A stretch of 64,000 nucleotides of DNA from assembly GCA_013265495.1 (NCBI GenBank), contig MU058781.1, positions 11,887,009-11,951,008 of the forward strand, in the 5' to 3' direction. Both the position numbers and the translations under genes were made by a program. Source of the stretch: Vicugna vicugna. Taxonomy: Eukaryota. Of this stretch, positions 11,614 to 23,893 are shown in pieces (within the stretch, counting starts at the first letter, position 1; each line of letters starts with the position of its first letter). The notes beneath the pieces are model-generated. The model made no database searches. It saw only the letters and a list, made by a program, of their open reading frames with translations, and had not been told where the DNA came from.

Positions 11614-13324
11614 CTCTTGCATCCACTGTATTGGATGGTGAGAAAGGGTGTGCAGTGTGTTTTCCAGGCCGTGGTAAAGTCAAGTTCAAAGAACAAATGT
11701 GGACAGACTGGGAACGGTGAATCATTTTCATAACTCTTGGTTTGTACTTTACTGCTCACTGTAGAGTATTTGGTGCATTTAGTCGGGTACCAAGTTGGTC
11801 TCTTGTTTATTTAGTTGGCCCTGTAAAGAGACAACGGTGATCTACCCTGTTGTGTGAAAATTAGGAAAAATGCCTGGTGTGATACTGAGTGTTAGTACAG
11901 CAGATGATATTTATTTTTGTTTTAACGATCATTCCTGGTAGTATGAAAAAAAACTCATTTTTTTCACTTCCGTGTACTAGGAGTAAGGCTGCCCCCACAG
12001 ATCAGAAAAAGGCACCTTTTTGTTGATGCAATGTGATCATGGATCCACTGGAAAACCTTTCTTAAAAAAATGGATTTTTTTTCCTATTCACTTTCACAGC
12101 AAAGGTTTTTATTATAAGTAGATCCATTTTTTTCTGTTGTTGATGCTCAAGATATATTGAAACCCAGCAGTGGACTGAATGACAGATACTCTTGTAGAAA
12201 GCACTGGATGCCTTAAATTTTTACTGAAGCTGGAGGCTTATGTCATGGGTACAACATAAAGTGATCTATGTGTTACCTTAAAAAAGATCCCAGATTAGAG
12301 GAACTGGACAGATAAGGATATGCGGAGAACCAAAACCATGCACTGGGACCCTGCTCCTCATCTGGTCCTCTCCCTCTGTGGTTGCCATGTGCACACAGGG
12401 GTACTTGGTGATTTTGTTTTTTTTTTTTTAAAGTAAGGCTAAGTTTTTCACATCTTCAAACTATTCCTATGTGCCATATGGAACTTAATAAACTTGGTGG
12501 AAGATGATTGTGTATGACCCTCGCGAGCAACTGTAGGTGTCACCTGCTAGAGAAGCTTCAAATGGAAAAATAGGGTACCAGGAAGAATTGGTAGTTTTTC
12601 TGTATTTTTTTTTAATCCCTTCTCCTTTGATCCTAAAAGAATCAGGACCCAGAAGCTAGGAGTTTGGGACTCCTAAGGCCCATTGGTAGCCTGCTCACAG
12701 ATAAAAATGCATCAATTGGAATTTTTGAAAAAGCTTATCTGTTTTCGCTGAAATCAGGTAAAAATAGTAATCCTTCTTGAGCTCAAATCTGTGTCTCTTG
12801 TGCTACAACTAGAAGGCAAGTCTTGTATCTCTCACTTCTTTCCACAGATTGGCTTTGTTTGGCAATAACTTTTCAAATGATAACTGGAACTCCTTGTGAG
12901 AATAGCTCTCCAGTAGCTAAGGACGGGCTTGTTACATGCAAATCTCTCAGCTAATACATGTAGAAATGCTTTGGAAGCTACATGTCCTTTATAGCATAAA
13001 AGTCTTATTATTAACTTGGCCATGGCCCCTGGCCATGAAGTTTACTTGAAATCACCTGCAGATTCCAGGCAACCCTTCTGCCACCACCACCTAGTAGGTA
13101 TGGATGGTGCTTTCGTGGTGGTCCCCCTACTGTCCTGCCTGGATCTCACCCAGTATCTCATGGCCATCAGGAGCCTGACTTTATCCACCAATTCTAGGTT
13201 CTGGTTGTCTTGCGGAGGATGTCACAGCCACTCTCCAACAGGAGTCCTCTGATTCCTGATAGGTGGCCTCTCCTGAATTCTTATTCTCTTAATTAATGTA
13301 TCACATTATGGCTCTGCAATAACA

Positions 13325-13480
13325 ATAGAAACTCACAACTGATTGCTTATTATAGGCCAAATACTCTTATGATTGATTTGTTCTCATTTGATCCTCTCAA
13401 CAACCCCAGGAGATAGAGATATTATCCCCATTACACAGATAATGAAACTGAGGTGCAGACAGGCTAAATAACTTGCCCGT
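13325..13480 (-). mobile_element. MIR SINE
   Basis: ctcatttgatcctctcaacaaccc...attatccccattacacagataatgaaactgagg...aacttgccc. Confidence 0.85.
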
Positions 13481-13936
13481 TCTCAGGCATGAATCCATCA
13501 GGACCCAGGCCTGTGGAAGGTGAGCTCCTGCACGTGAGCTCTTAGCCAGGCTCACCCTGTGACTTCTGCTTGGGTTGTTTCCCTTCTCTCTGGCCTCTTG
13601 TCTAAATATTTGGAGTCTTCAAATGCAAGTTTTGCTCTGAAGTGACATTTTCATTCAGGACTCCAGGCTGTACTCGTAAGTGCTCTTATCCTTCTTGATC
13701 TGAACCAACTGAAGGATGCCTTGCCTGTCTCCACAGTTTAAGCTCTTTACAATGTATTATTTTATTTTTCCTGATTGTTTCTTGTGCATTAATCTTGATT
13801 TTTTTTCGAATTTTTTTGTCAGTACTTGTAAGGTGGGGGGGCACTTCTCATGTTTCTCTTCAGTTTTCCGACATTCTTCACATGGTAATGAGTGAGCTCA
13901 TTAGAAGTAATACTTAAGAAATAAGTATAGGGCACT

Positions 13937-14445
13937 TGGGGCAGACTCTGTTGGTTGGCTGTCTATCCTGTTCACCATCCTTTTCATCTAAGTCTGTGGG
14001 TGGAGTTGTGGTTAGCCCAAGAATCTCAATCAGGGCTGATTCTGCCCTCCAGGGGACATTTGGCAGTGTTTAGAGACATTTTTGATCATCACAACTGGGG
14101 TTGAGGTACTAGTGGCCTGTGTGGGTAGAGGTCAGGGCTGCTGGTAAACCTCCTGTAATGCACAGGCTGGTCCTCCACAACAAAGTGTTAATCTGGCCCA
14201 AAATGTCAGTAGGGCTAAGGCTGAGAAACCCTGGTTCAGAGACAGCCACATGATACATTCTGGCCAACTTAACATGAGTGAAAGTCCACTAGTGCTTTTT
14301 GTGACAGTTGTTTTTCTGAGCCATGAGCTTCCCCTTCCTGTTTTCAGCTTCTGCCTTCAGCATTGGCCTGAGTGTAGAGATTGGGCATCCATCTCGTAAC
14401 CAAGAGGTAATAAACATGGAGATGAAAGTTAACACTCTAAAGATG
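13937..14445 (+). mobile_element. Old MaLR LTR fragment (MLT1J/K-like) split by MER20
   Basis: tggggcagac start, gccacatgatacattctggccaa, catccatctcgtaaccaagagg and gatgaaagttaacactctaaagatg resemble MLT1J-class LTRs. Confidence 0.6.
14018..14233. mobile_element. MER20 (hAT-Charlie)
   Basis: ccaggggacatttggcagtgtttagagacatttttg...gtgggtagaggtcaggg...atctggcccaaaatgtca...tgagaaaccctg. Confidence 0.92.
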
Positions 14446-14480
14446 TGCATTGTGGGATGCTCCTTCTGCTGAATATCTTT

Positions 14481-14613
14481 AAAACTTTTTTTTTAGAAAT
14501 GATGGTACAAAACATTAAAATTTACCATCCTAATAATTTTGAGGTGCACAGTTCAGGAGTGTTAAGTGTATTCACATTGTTGTGTGACAGATCTTGAGAG
14601 CTTTTTCATCACA
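14481..14613 (-). mobile_element. Very short 5'-truncated L1M 3' end with TSD
   Basis: T-rich tail, then aaaatttaccatc...acagttca...gtattcacattgttgtg. TSD tctgctgaatatcttt (14465-14480) / tctgccgaatatcctt (14614-14629), 14/16 match. Confidence 0.85.
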
Positions 14614-17600
14614 TCTGCCGAATATCCTTCATGGTGGTGTAGGGTGAAACATGTCTAATGTATATTTGTTCGTTTACTTTTTGCTCCGCTGCTCGTCTCC
14701 TGTCTACAGAATGCTCCGATGGAGGCTGATAGGACAGGAAAGCAGCTCCTCTGGCCAGACTTTCCTCCCTGTGAGATTGCTGGGCCAGACATTCAGTGAT
14801 TTTGCCCAAGCTGTCTTGACTTGGTCTTTACAAGTGTATTCGCTGGGAACCTAAGTAGAGGTGGAGTTTGGAAAACCAGAGAACTGATTTAAAGAGAAGG
14901 AATGTTTGGGCCAGCAAGTGTTCTCAGTTGATAGGGTATGAATTTCACCAAATAACTCAGCTGAAAAATATTTTCTGAGTTGAGCACGAGGTCCCAGCCT
15001 GGAAAGATGTACAGGGTGGTTTTTCCTGGCACGTCTCCCTCTCAGATATCCCATATGGTAGCTCCCCTAGTTCTTAATGCCCCCTGGCAGCCATGCCCTT
15101 GTCTTGCGGGGCCTGAATCACAGGTGTTGGGTGCTGTTTAATTTTGAGTTAATTGGGCTTCTTGCTTCTAGACTCTTCTGTGATTTCTTAAATTCACGAA
15201 TTAGCCATTAAGTTGTGTTTACCAGGCAGGCACCCAGGTCTGTCCAGCTGACCTTTTAGAAGGATGTTTTTTGTGCAGGCTTTCATAAACGATGGTGGGA
15301 AAAACTGAATCCTCTCCCAGGACCTTTTAACTGCAGCCTTTTCTTCCATCTCTTGCCTTTGCGGGTGGGTTTGTGCCTGACTTTAGAATGGCTCTTCTAG
15401 TGGGAGTATTTACCAGGGTGGGATGGAGGCTCTGTTCTGAGACTTACAGAAGATCTTGTATTATTTTTGTAGCGGCCTGCCAGGGTTGAGGAAAGTCACT
15501 TACTAGATGAATTTTCCCCAGGAGGACTCACCTCTAGAATAAACGAAATTAAATTGGGTAACTGGGATTTCCTGCCTGGGATGGTTGTTGACAGTTTCTG
15601 TTTCTCTTTTACAATTGAGAAAGCACTTGCAATTTCAGGGTCACAAATGTGTGTCACAAAACTCACAACAGTGTGAAAGCACATAGGTGTTCATGGTTTA
15701 TTATTCTAATTATTTAATGTTTAATAAGCCTTGAGAAGCTGTCATTTACTGTCTACCCTGGGTAGGTTTCTCAGTTCAGGGTAAACAATCTGTAATTATG
15801 TGGTTAATCAAACAAGAAGCTCTAAGTAGTTTTCTTAAGTTGAAATGCCTTTCTCACAAGTAGGCGATAAATGAAATGAAGGCACAAGAATTTCAACTTT
15901 ACTCCCCAGGGATGGGCTGATGGTGGGCACATTGTTTTTGGTGGAATGTTATGAACGCTTTAAATTTCTTGGTGTGATCATCGCAGAGTTTGAAATCACA
16001 CGCTTTATGACTTATGCCAGGGCAGGATGAATCTTTTTAGTTAAATTGAGCTCGTTGTAAGCTTTTAACCCCCAAACTTAGACCAACTTATACCAACAGT
16101 GCCTTACAGGCACTTAAAAAAAAAAAACAAAAAACGTTTTGGTAAAAAAAAATTAATACTGGTTTAAAATAAAACTTAGCCAGTTCAGTGCATGGACCAG
16201 CCATTTCTAAACTAAATTATGAGCTCAACTTATGTTGTATCTTGGCTGTTGCCTTGAAAACATCAACAGACAGTGGCATATTGGTTGTCATTTTTCTTCC
16301 ATGAAATAAAAGATGGATTTCATTTCTGGGTAAAGCGTTGTAATTGTCTTATACTTTTACTTCTGGTTAGATTAGATAGACAGTAGAAGCAAAGAGGGAA
16401 TATGAAGGTAGGAGAGGTATTGCTTTAACGTGATAAACAATATACAGGGTTTTTCTATTTTCTGAGGGTTAGAGTAAATGCTGGAGATAAAAGGAAGTAA
16501 AAGTTAGAAAATTAATCAAATCACACGTTACCTGTATAGCATTACAATATTTGTAAAACATATTGTAGGCTGTGTAAAGTTGGGACATGCAGAGCCAGTC
16601 TATAAGCTTCAAAGGTCATACAGAGTCATCATTATAAGAAAGTGATGTATCTCTGAAGTAGATATCACTAGTCTCTAGCTGCTTATCTGAGAATCCATAA
16701 ATTGTTTAAGGCTGGTCCTCCAGCAAACAGTGGCAATGTGTGCCATGCATTTCTGAGAAATAATGCCAGGAAATGCACTGCCAAACAACGGAACTTAGTC
16801 TATAAGCAATTTAAGAAATATGACACAAGGAGGATCCAAAGATTTGAACAGCAATCATGTGTTAGTCCCATGCAGTTCATGTGACCTGGCATTGTGCTTG
16901 GAAATCTCTTAGGATGGCAGTTTTATGATATGGTCACTGTGGCCAAGAATACTGATCGTTTCACCCAGTTTTGGAAGCCAAATGTGCATGCAAGATCATG
17001 CTCCGTTTGATTTGTTCTCTGCTGGGTGTGCATTTATCATCAGGGTCATGGTCTGTCCTTGTCTGCCAGGGTGGGCATTGGCCACTGTGGTCACAGGCTG
17101 CTTGGGTGCTGTAGAGGGAAGGCTGTCTCCTGCTGGGCAGAGGTCTATGAAAGCCGCAGGGGCTAAGACTCTCCCATACTGGCAGAAAGGGAAGCCGGAA
17201 GGACTTGGACTCACTGATTTGTGCTGACACCATTCAGTCCTGCTGCTAGAAGCCTTTCACGTGCTTCCAGTGTCAGTGAGCTGGTGTTTGACAATTGCAC
17301 GCCAGGGCAGGCTGCTTTCTCAGGCACACACACTCCTTTGCTTGCTGGCATCCCTTAGCTCACTGAGACGCTTTCCACCTGGCCGTGAGTACCTCCTGGC
17401 AGATCTTTGCTACTGGACCCAGGAAGGCAGAAGCATCAGCCATTAAGCGGGCCCAGTGCTCAAAGATAAACATGAGGATACTCAGCAGAGTGAGACCTGG
17501 AGGCAGGAACACAGCCTCTTGGCTCAGCCCAGCATTTCAGGCACGTGGGTTTGTGCTTGGCATCGGAGAGGAGGCGCTCTGATGACCCGGCAGGCTTCGA

Positions 17601-20164
17601 GCTCTTGTGCATACTGATTTTTTCCCCCGATGCTGGAATTGCCTTCCTTGGCTATGGCCGCAGAGAAACCAAAATGGGACTCATTTCCTATGCGGGCTCT
17701 GAGGTGCACAGCTGGGGAGCCAGGAAGCCCACCTGGAGGTCTTTTTTCGCATTTCTGAAGCTTTGAGTCTGGCTTTTCCCTTGGGGGTATTTGGCCCAAT
17801 CATTTCCCACTATGTCAGTGGAAGGTTTGGCCAAGTCTGACTGAAAGATTGAGTCTTCTGCAAAAACAAAAGCACTTTTTCTTTTTTTAATGAAAAAAGT
17901 TTGACTTGTTCTCCAACCTCACTTTATTGACCTAAATGAACTTAGACATGTTAAAGGATGAACAGGACAGAGCAGTGTTGCTGCACTTAGGCAGGGCCTG
18001 TCATTTGCAGTTGCATCAGTGTCCAAATGGGGGCCTCCAGGTGAGACATCAGTCGGCCTCTCTGAGGGGTGGGGAGAGCAGGGCGCCACAATAGTCATTG
18101 TTCATTGTCTTCCCACTTAATGTTATTTTAAAAACTGCACGGCATTTAAAATCCTATTACTAGAACACTGGATTAGGGAGAGAGTACCTCGACTTTCCCT
18201 CCTTACATCATTGTTAAAAGGAGTTTAGGAAAGTCACTATTTCCTGTGTTCATGAGTCGGGGGACGGAAGGAAGGAGGGAAAGAAGAATTTCTCCATCTG
18301 ATAGAAGGAAAAGACCATCTTGCAGCAAGGAGTGAGAATAGAAAAGATACCTGAGCTCCTTGTAAGACCACTTTCATTGACCATTAGGGGCTTTCAGTAA
18401 TTCCGCAGGCAGAACTAGACATTTTCTGTTTCTTATCTTCCATTTGTTTAGTTTGCTGGGGCCTTGAGTTCTGGATGCTCACTGGAATCTCTGCTACACC
18501 GTAAACACTTTTTTGTTGTGTCAATTTCAGCTCAATTACCGGGAAATATTTTTTAACCAAAATACTTAACTTTTTTTTTTTTTTGGGCCATCATATTTTC
18601 TGGGCCAAGAAGAGGAGAAGGCTGAGACAGCCACGAAAAAGCTGCTCAAATGATTATTGCCAAGAGGAAAGATGTGGTCCTGTGAGCCGCAGGGGAGGAC
18701 CACTGAGAAAGCAGAGTGGAGGGTCAAATTGACGTCTGTCAATTGCCATCTTAGTTCATTGGAAGTGTTATGATTAGACCTGGCCTTATTCATGTGAGAA
18801 ATGGATGTGCCTGACAGCAATGTTCCTGTGATTTGGGGATTATTCGCTGTCATGGAATGTCTAAACCATTGCTCAGTTCTACACAGCAGCCTTGGAGACC
18901 TGGAGTCTTTGGGAAGCATGGCTCTCCTGGTTAAATTGAGGCTTTATCTGAAATCCATTTTGTTTTCAGACATGTTGGAAATACTCCTAAAACGCATGAG
19001 TGTGCCTTGGAGTGGAATGCTCAGTGAGTTCCCTTTATTATCCTTTGGAGGTTGAGACCATTTTTCAGTATGTTAGGAGTTTATGATACATTCTTCTTTT
19101 CCAGATCTTTATGTAGGAGTCATGTGTGTCATTGAGCTAATTTTGAAGTGTGTGTTCCTCAAATACTTTGTGCATTTTTTAAAACGCCCTCATATTTGTT
19201 TCTTACTCATTGTTCCGATGAATTTCATTTTCTTAAAATGATTCTGATTAATTTCTTTCAATTTTCCAGTTGGTTGACAGTTCTGCAAGTTGAAGTGTGA
19301 GTTATTTGTATAAATGGAAATGTGTAATTGTAAAGCAGTGTCTCTGGCCTTGATGGACCTGTGAATTAAATGAAGCCTGTTTTTGATACCTTCTGCCTCC
19401 CTTTTTCTCTTTCTTCCTCTGCTGCTCCCTAGGATTTGAGATCTTCACCTTTTTCCTGCTCTCATCCAAGCCTGATCTCAGCAAACTCTTTGACATTTGA
19501 AATTCATTTAAGCTGAAGTCACCCTTGTGAAATGACAAATTTAACTTGGTCCGTCTCCCAGGAATAATTGCAGTTAGTGCTTCTCCCTTATTTATGGCAT
19601 GAAAGGCCCTACATCCAGCTGATATAATTTCAGGACCTATAGTTTTGAGTCCAGATCTTTTTAGTTATGGGCTTATTCCTCAGAATCACATCATATTGTG
19701 AGCTGCTGTTTGGGCTGTCAGTGGCTGCCGCTCAGGAGGAGACAAGTTTCAGAGAAACTTTCAGGAACTTCCAGAAAGGAGTACTTTTGTTTTCTTAACT
19801 AAGTGAGAGACTTAAACCTGGAAAAGTTACTTCTCCTATGCCTAGAGTTGTCACCCTGGAATTGTACTTGCATTGAATCGAATTCAACAAACGTTTATTG
19901 ATGGCCAGTTGCAGACAGTTATAACTACTTCACTAGCTGTAGAGAAACCATCCATTTCTCTTCTAAATTACATAATGGACGAAGAAATTGGGTAGTGAGA
20001 AGCTGACCAATGTAGAATGACTTAAAATTCTAGACCTTGGGAGTATTTCTCAGGATTCCAGTAGGTATAATAAAATAATTTTGTGAATTTGGAGAAAGAT
20101 GGGTTAAGTGAAGCTGGTAGGGATTTTTCTTCCCTTGGAGCTCCCAGAGTGGGACAGTATATGT

Positions 20165-20277
20165 AGTATTTCCCAAATTTACTTGACCATGGATTTAAAA
20201 ATTTGTATTATTATTAGTATTATTTTGGAGCATCTCAGGGAACTAGTGCTCCTTGGAGAACACTTTGGAAAATGCTG
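20165..20277. mobile_element. MER103-like hAT fragment
   Basis: tttcccaaatttacttgaccatgg...catctcagggaactagtg...gaacactttggaaaatgctg. Confidence 0.6.
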
Positions 20278-20679
20278 CTGTAGACCATGAAAGTATTTTT
20301 TTCTCTCCCTTTTTAGAGGCCTCTTTTGTATTAGTGTGTATGTGTTTGCTATTCAGAGACAGAATAAATATTCATTAAATAGTGTGGTAAATAGCTTCCT
20401 GTCAGTAAGTTTCTCCATTGGTTATATTCAAGGTGTGTGTATTTCACTTGGATATTGGTTTGAAGAACTGGGGTCCAAAGATGATGGTGGTGATAACTTC
20501 CATTGCATGAACCCTCACGTAATGTGCTCACCCAGGGACAGTGGTCAGTATTTCGTCTAGACCCCAAAGCAAGAAGTAGGAATTTGCAGTTCTGGTTTAT
20601 AGGTGACAGATAACTTGCCCAATATACCACTTAGGGAGTGTTCATAATGTGCCAGGCATTTTCTTTTAAGGTGATGAGT

Positions 20680-21066
20680 TTTTTAAAAACCCTTATGTGA
20701 CGTAACTAGATTCATGTACACCTTTCATCCATTTTCTTCAGTGATAACATGTTGCAAAACAATGTTAGTTTCACAATCATGAAATTAACATTGATACAGT
20801 CATGAATCTTGTTAAGAATTCAAAGGGTTTACATGTACTCTTGTGTGTGTACTTATGACAATTCATGTGACCACTGCAAACAAGATACAGAACAGCTTCA
20901 TTGTAAGGATCCCTTATGGTACTCTTTATAATCATAGCCAACTGTCTCTCTCCTCTCCCCTCCACCCCTGACAACCACTAATCTGTTCTTCTCTATAATT
21001 GTGTCATTTCAAGCCTGCTCTATAAATGGAATCACACAGTAGTAACCTTTGGAGATTGGCCCTTTT
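20680..21066 (-). mobile_element. Old L1M (L1MD/MC-like) 3' UTR fragment
   Basis: acattgatacagtca...caagatacagaacag...cccctgacaaccactaatctgttc...tataaatggaatcacacagta. Confidence 0.85.
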
Positions 21067-21529
21067 ACATGCTGGTCCCTTTTAATCCACTGCTTCAATC
21101 TTTGCAACAGTCTAACACTGTAGGGAAGGTAGAGTGGAATATTCAAGGCTGCATGGCGAGTGAGCCACGGAGGGGGTCCAGGTGTGCCTGATTCTCAGCC
21201 TTGGCTTCCCTCTCTCTGGCCTTGACCTTTCTCTGGGTTCTGGGGATTCACATTCTGTTCTTTTACATATACTGCTCTCCTTTTCCTTCCCTTGTATTCA
21301 GAATTAGAGTTCTTATGCTTCTTTTTCATTTTCTAAAATTGTAACTTTAAAGAAAGAAGATTGGATCACGTTATTATTTTGGAAGTGCAGGGATGAGTAT
21401 TTTTCCCCTTCAGCTCTGTTTTGAGCTTATTAGCATTTTCAGAGATTTCTGTGCTGATGCCTCACCATCTTGACACTCGAGCACAAATGATGAGGATGGT
21501 TGTGGTATTAGAGGGTCAAGGTAGAGACT

Positions 21530-21652
21530 ATTTATTTTTAATTTATTTTTTGATGTTTTAATTAAATTTTTTTAATGGAGGTACTTGGGATTGAACCCGG
21601 GATGCCATGCATGCTAAGCATGCGCTCTACCACTGAGTTATATCCCTCCCCA
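21530..21652 (-). mobile_element. tRNA-Ala-derived SINE (camelid type), short-tail variant
   Basis: Reverse complement of a tRNA-Ala(AGC)-like head with a simple AT-rich tail. TSD caaggtagagact (21517-21529) / caaggtagatatt (21653-21665). Confidence 0.88.
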
Positions 21653-21994
21653 CAAGGTAGATATTCTTGTACACCATTGCTTGAACCCATATATAGGCAT
21701 CTTTGACTTACAGTGTATCTAAGTGTTGTCTGTACTTGGCCTGCTGGCTTTGGTTGCTGTGGTGCTAAACATACTCCCAGAGCCCTTGGGAATTAACTCA
21801 CTGCAAACAGGAAGCTGTCAGTGCACATAAGGATGGTGGGAAAGCAAAACATATATTTCTATGAATCACAGTCATGTCAGATGCTGTCTATTTAAGAGAA
21901 AACTCCAGAAGTGGAAACAATGAAGCCTTTTGAAATTTCTATGTGGGATGTGGTCTTTAACAAGAGTATGAAACAGTTAGTCTAATGTAGATTT

Positions 21995-22400
21995 TTGTTG
22001 ATCCTTGAACCCACCAGACATGCTTCTCTTTCAGGGTCTTTGAACTCACTGTTCCCTCTGCCTGGAAAGCTCTTTCCCAAGATTCCAGGTGGCTCGGCTC
22101 CTTCCCTCAACTTTCATCAGGTCCCTGAACAGTGTTCTCTTTTCCCTGTAGACTTCCCTGATATTTACAATCATAATACCACCCCTCCACCAATTCTCCT
22201 TACTCGCTTTATTTTCCTCCATCACATTTTGATCAACATCTAACATGCCCTGTGTCTGATTTATGGGACTATACTGTTTTCCCCCATGGTAAAATGTGAG
22301 CCTCCCAATCTTTGTCTACTTCATTCATTGCTGTATCCCAGCACCTTAGAATAGTGCCTGGCACATGTTAGATAATAGATATTATTCAAATAAAGAAACG
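21995..22400 (+). mobile_element. L2 3' fragment
   Basis: ctgttccctctgcctggaa...ttcattgctgtatcccagcac...tagaatagtgcctggcacat. Confidence 0.85.
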
Positions 22401-23322
22401 TTTTCAAGAGTAAAGATTTGTTTGAATTAAGTTGTAGGATACAATAGAATAATCATGTCTGCACAGGTCAGCTCTTGGTAAGATGCTCATTTAAAAATGT
22501 TGAGTCAGTTTAGTACAAGTGTATACTTTTCCTGCCTATGTAGAACATGTTTCTTGCTGTGACTGTTCTGTTGAGAAAATGATTGACTTTGGGGGAGCTT
22601 TTTCAGATGAAAAGGAAATTAACCAGCAGATCTAGGTAATTGAACCTTGCAAACTATCCTGGAAGTGTTTATCCTTCTGCCAAATTGAAGCATGAGTTCA
22701 GTGTTTGCACATCCACCTGTGTAATTAGTCACATTAGCACGCCGACATGTATTTGGTGAGTTAACACTCTTCAATTTTGCAATGAAAGTATTTTCACATG
22801 TTGGCCGCTACTGTGAAAATTGATTTCTTCCCTCATCCATTCTGGAAGCTTGTGCCACTGTTTTGATTTGGAGGATGTGGTCTAGTGCTGCAGAGCATTT
22901 GGAGGAGGATCTGTGATGGAAGTAAACTTTTGGTTTCAGTGTTTCTTTGGGGGGCTGTTTCTCTTACTGCTGGGAATGGAAAGAGAAACAAATATTGCTC
23001 TAGGGATACTTTAGGTAATAGATACTCCGGTTGAAAAAATACAATGCTGTCTGTACAACAGTACTGCAGGGTAGGGTGGGATTGGAAGCTGCTGGGCCAG
23101 ATGAAGGTCTGGCCGCCCTGGGACTATTTTAGTGGTTTGGGGAGCAGTTTGGGGTGTGGCAGCCGTGGGGAGCAGGAAGAGGGATGTACTGTGCCTGGAA
23201 AAGGCCTCGTAGGGGAGGACTAGCACCCCCTCTCCCACCAGTGCCTGCAGCATTTCCAGCTCTTTGTGTTGTGGCTGTGTGAGCATTTCACTTGGTCCTA
23301 TGTGAGTTAAGAATGCCGTGAG

Positions 23323-23893
23323 AAAATACAAGCACTAATTCAAAAAGATACCCATACCCCAGTGTTCATAGCAGTGTTATTACCGTTGCCAAGCTATGGA
23401 AGCAACCTAAAATGTCCATCAACAGATGAATGGATAAAGAGGGTGTAGTATATATACACAACAGAGTGATAGTCAGCCATAAAAAGAGTGAAAATTTTGC
23501 CATTTGTGAAAACATGGATGGAATTGGAGGGTTAAACCCTCGGTGAAATATAAAAGGTAGAGAAAGACAAATACTGAATATTTTCACTTATATGTGGAGT
23601 CTGAGAAACAAAACAATTATAACAAAACAGAAGCAGACTCACAGATACAAACTAGTGGTTACCAGAGGGAAGAGGGATGGGGAGAGGGGCAAGATAGAGG
23701 CTGGGGATGAATTAAGAGGGACAGACTACTAGGTATGAAATAAGTCACAAGGATGTCATGTCTATACATATATAGGGAATATAGTCAGCATTTTATGGTA
23801 ACTTTGTATAGTATAATCTACAAAGTATTTGAATTACTATGTTGTGCATCTGAAACTAATATAATATTAAAGTCAACTAGAGTTCAATTAAAA
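23323..23893 (+). mobile_element. 5'-truncated L1 (ORF2 end plus 3' UTR, artiodactyl/laurasiatherian type)
   Basis: atggaagcaacctaaaatgtccatcaacagatgaatggataaaga...tcacttatatgtgga...poly(A). TSD aagaatgccgtgag (23309-23322) / aaaaatgccaggag (23894-23907) at a TT|AAGAA site. Confidence 0.92.
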
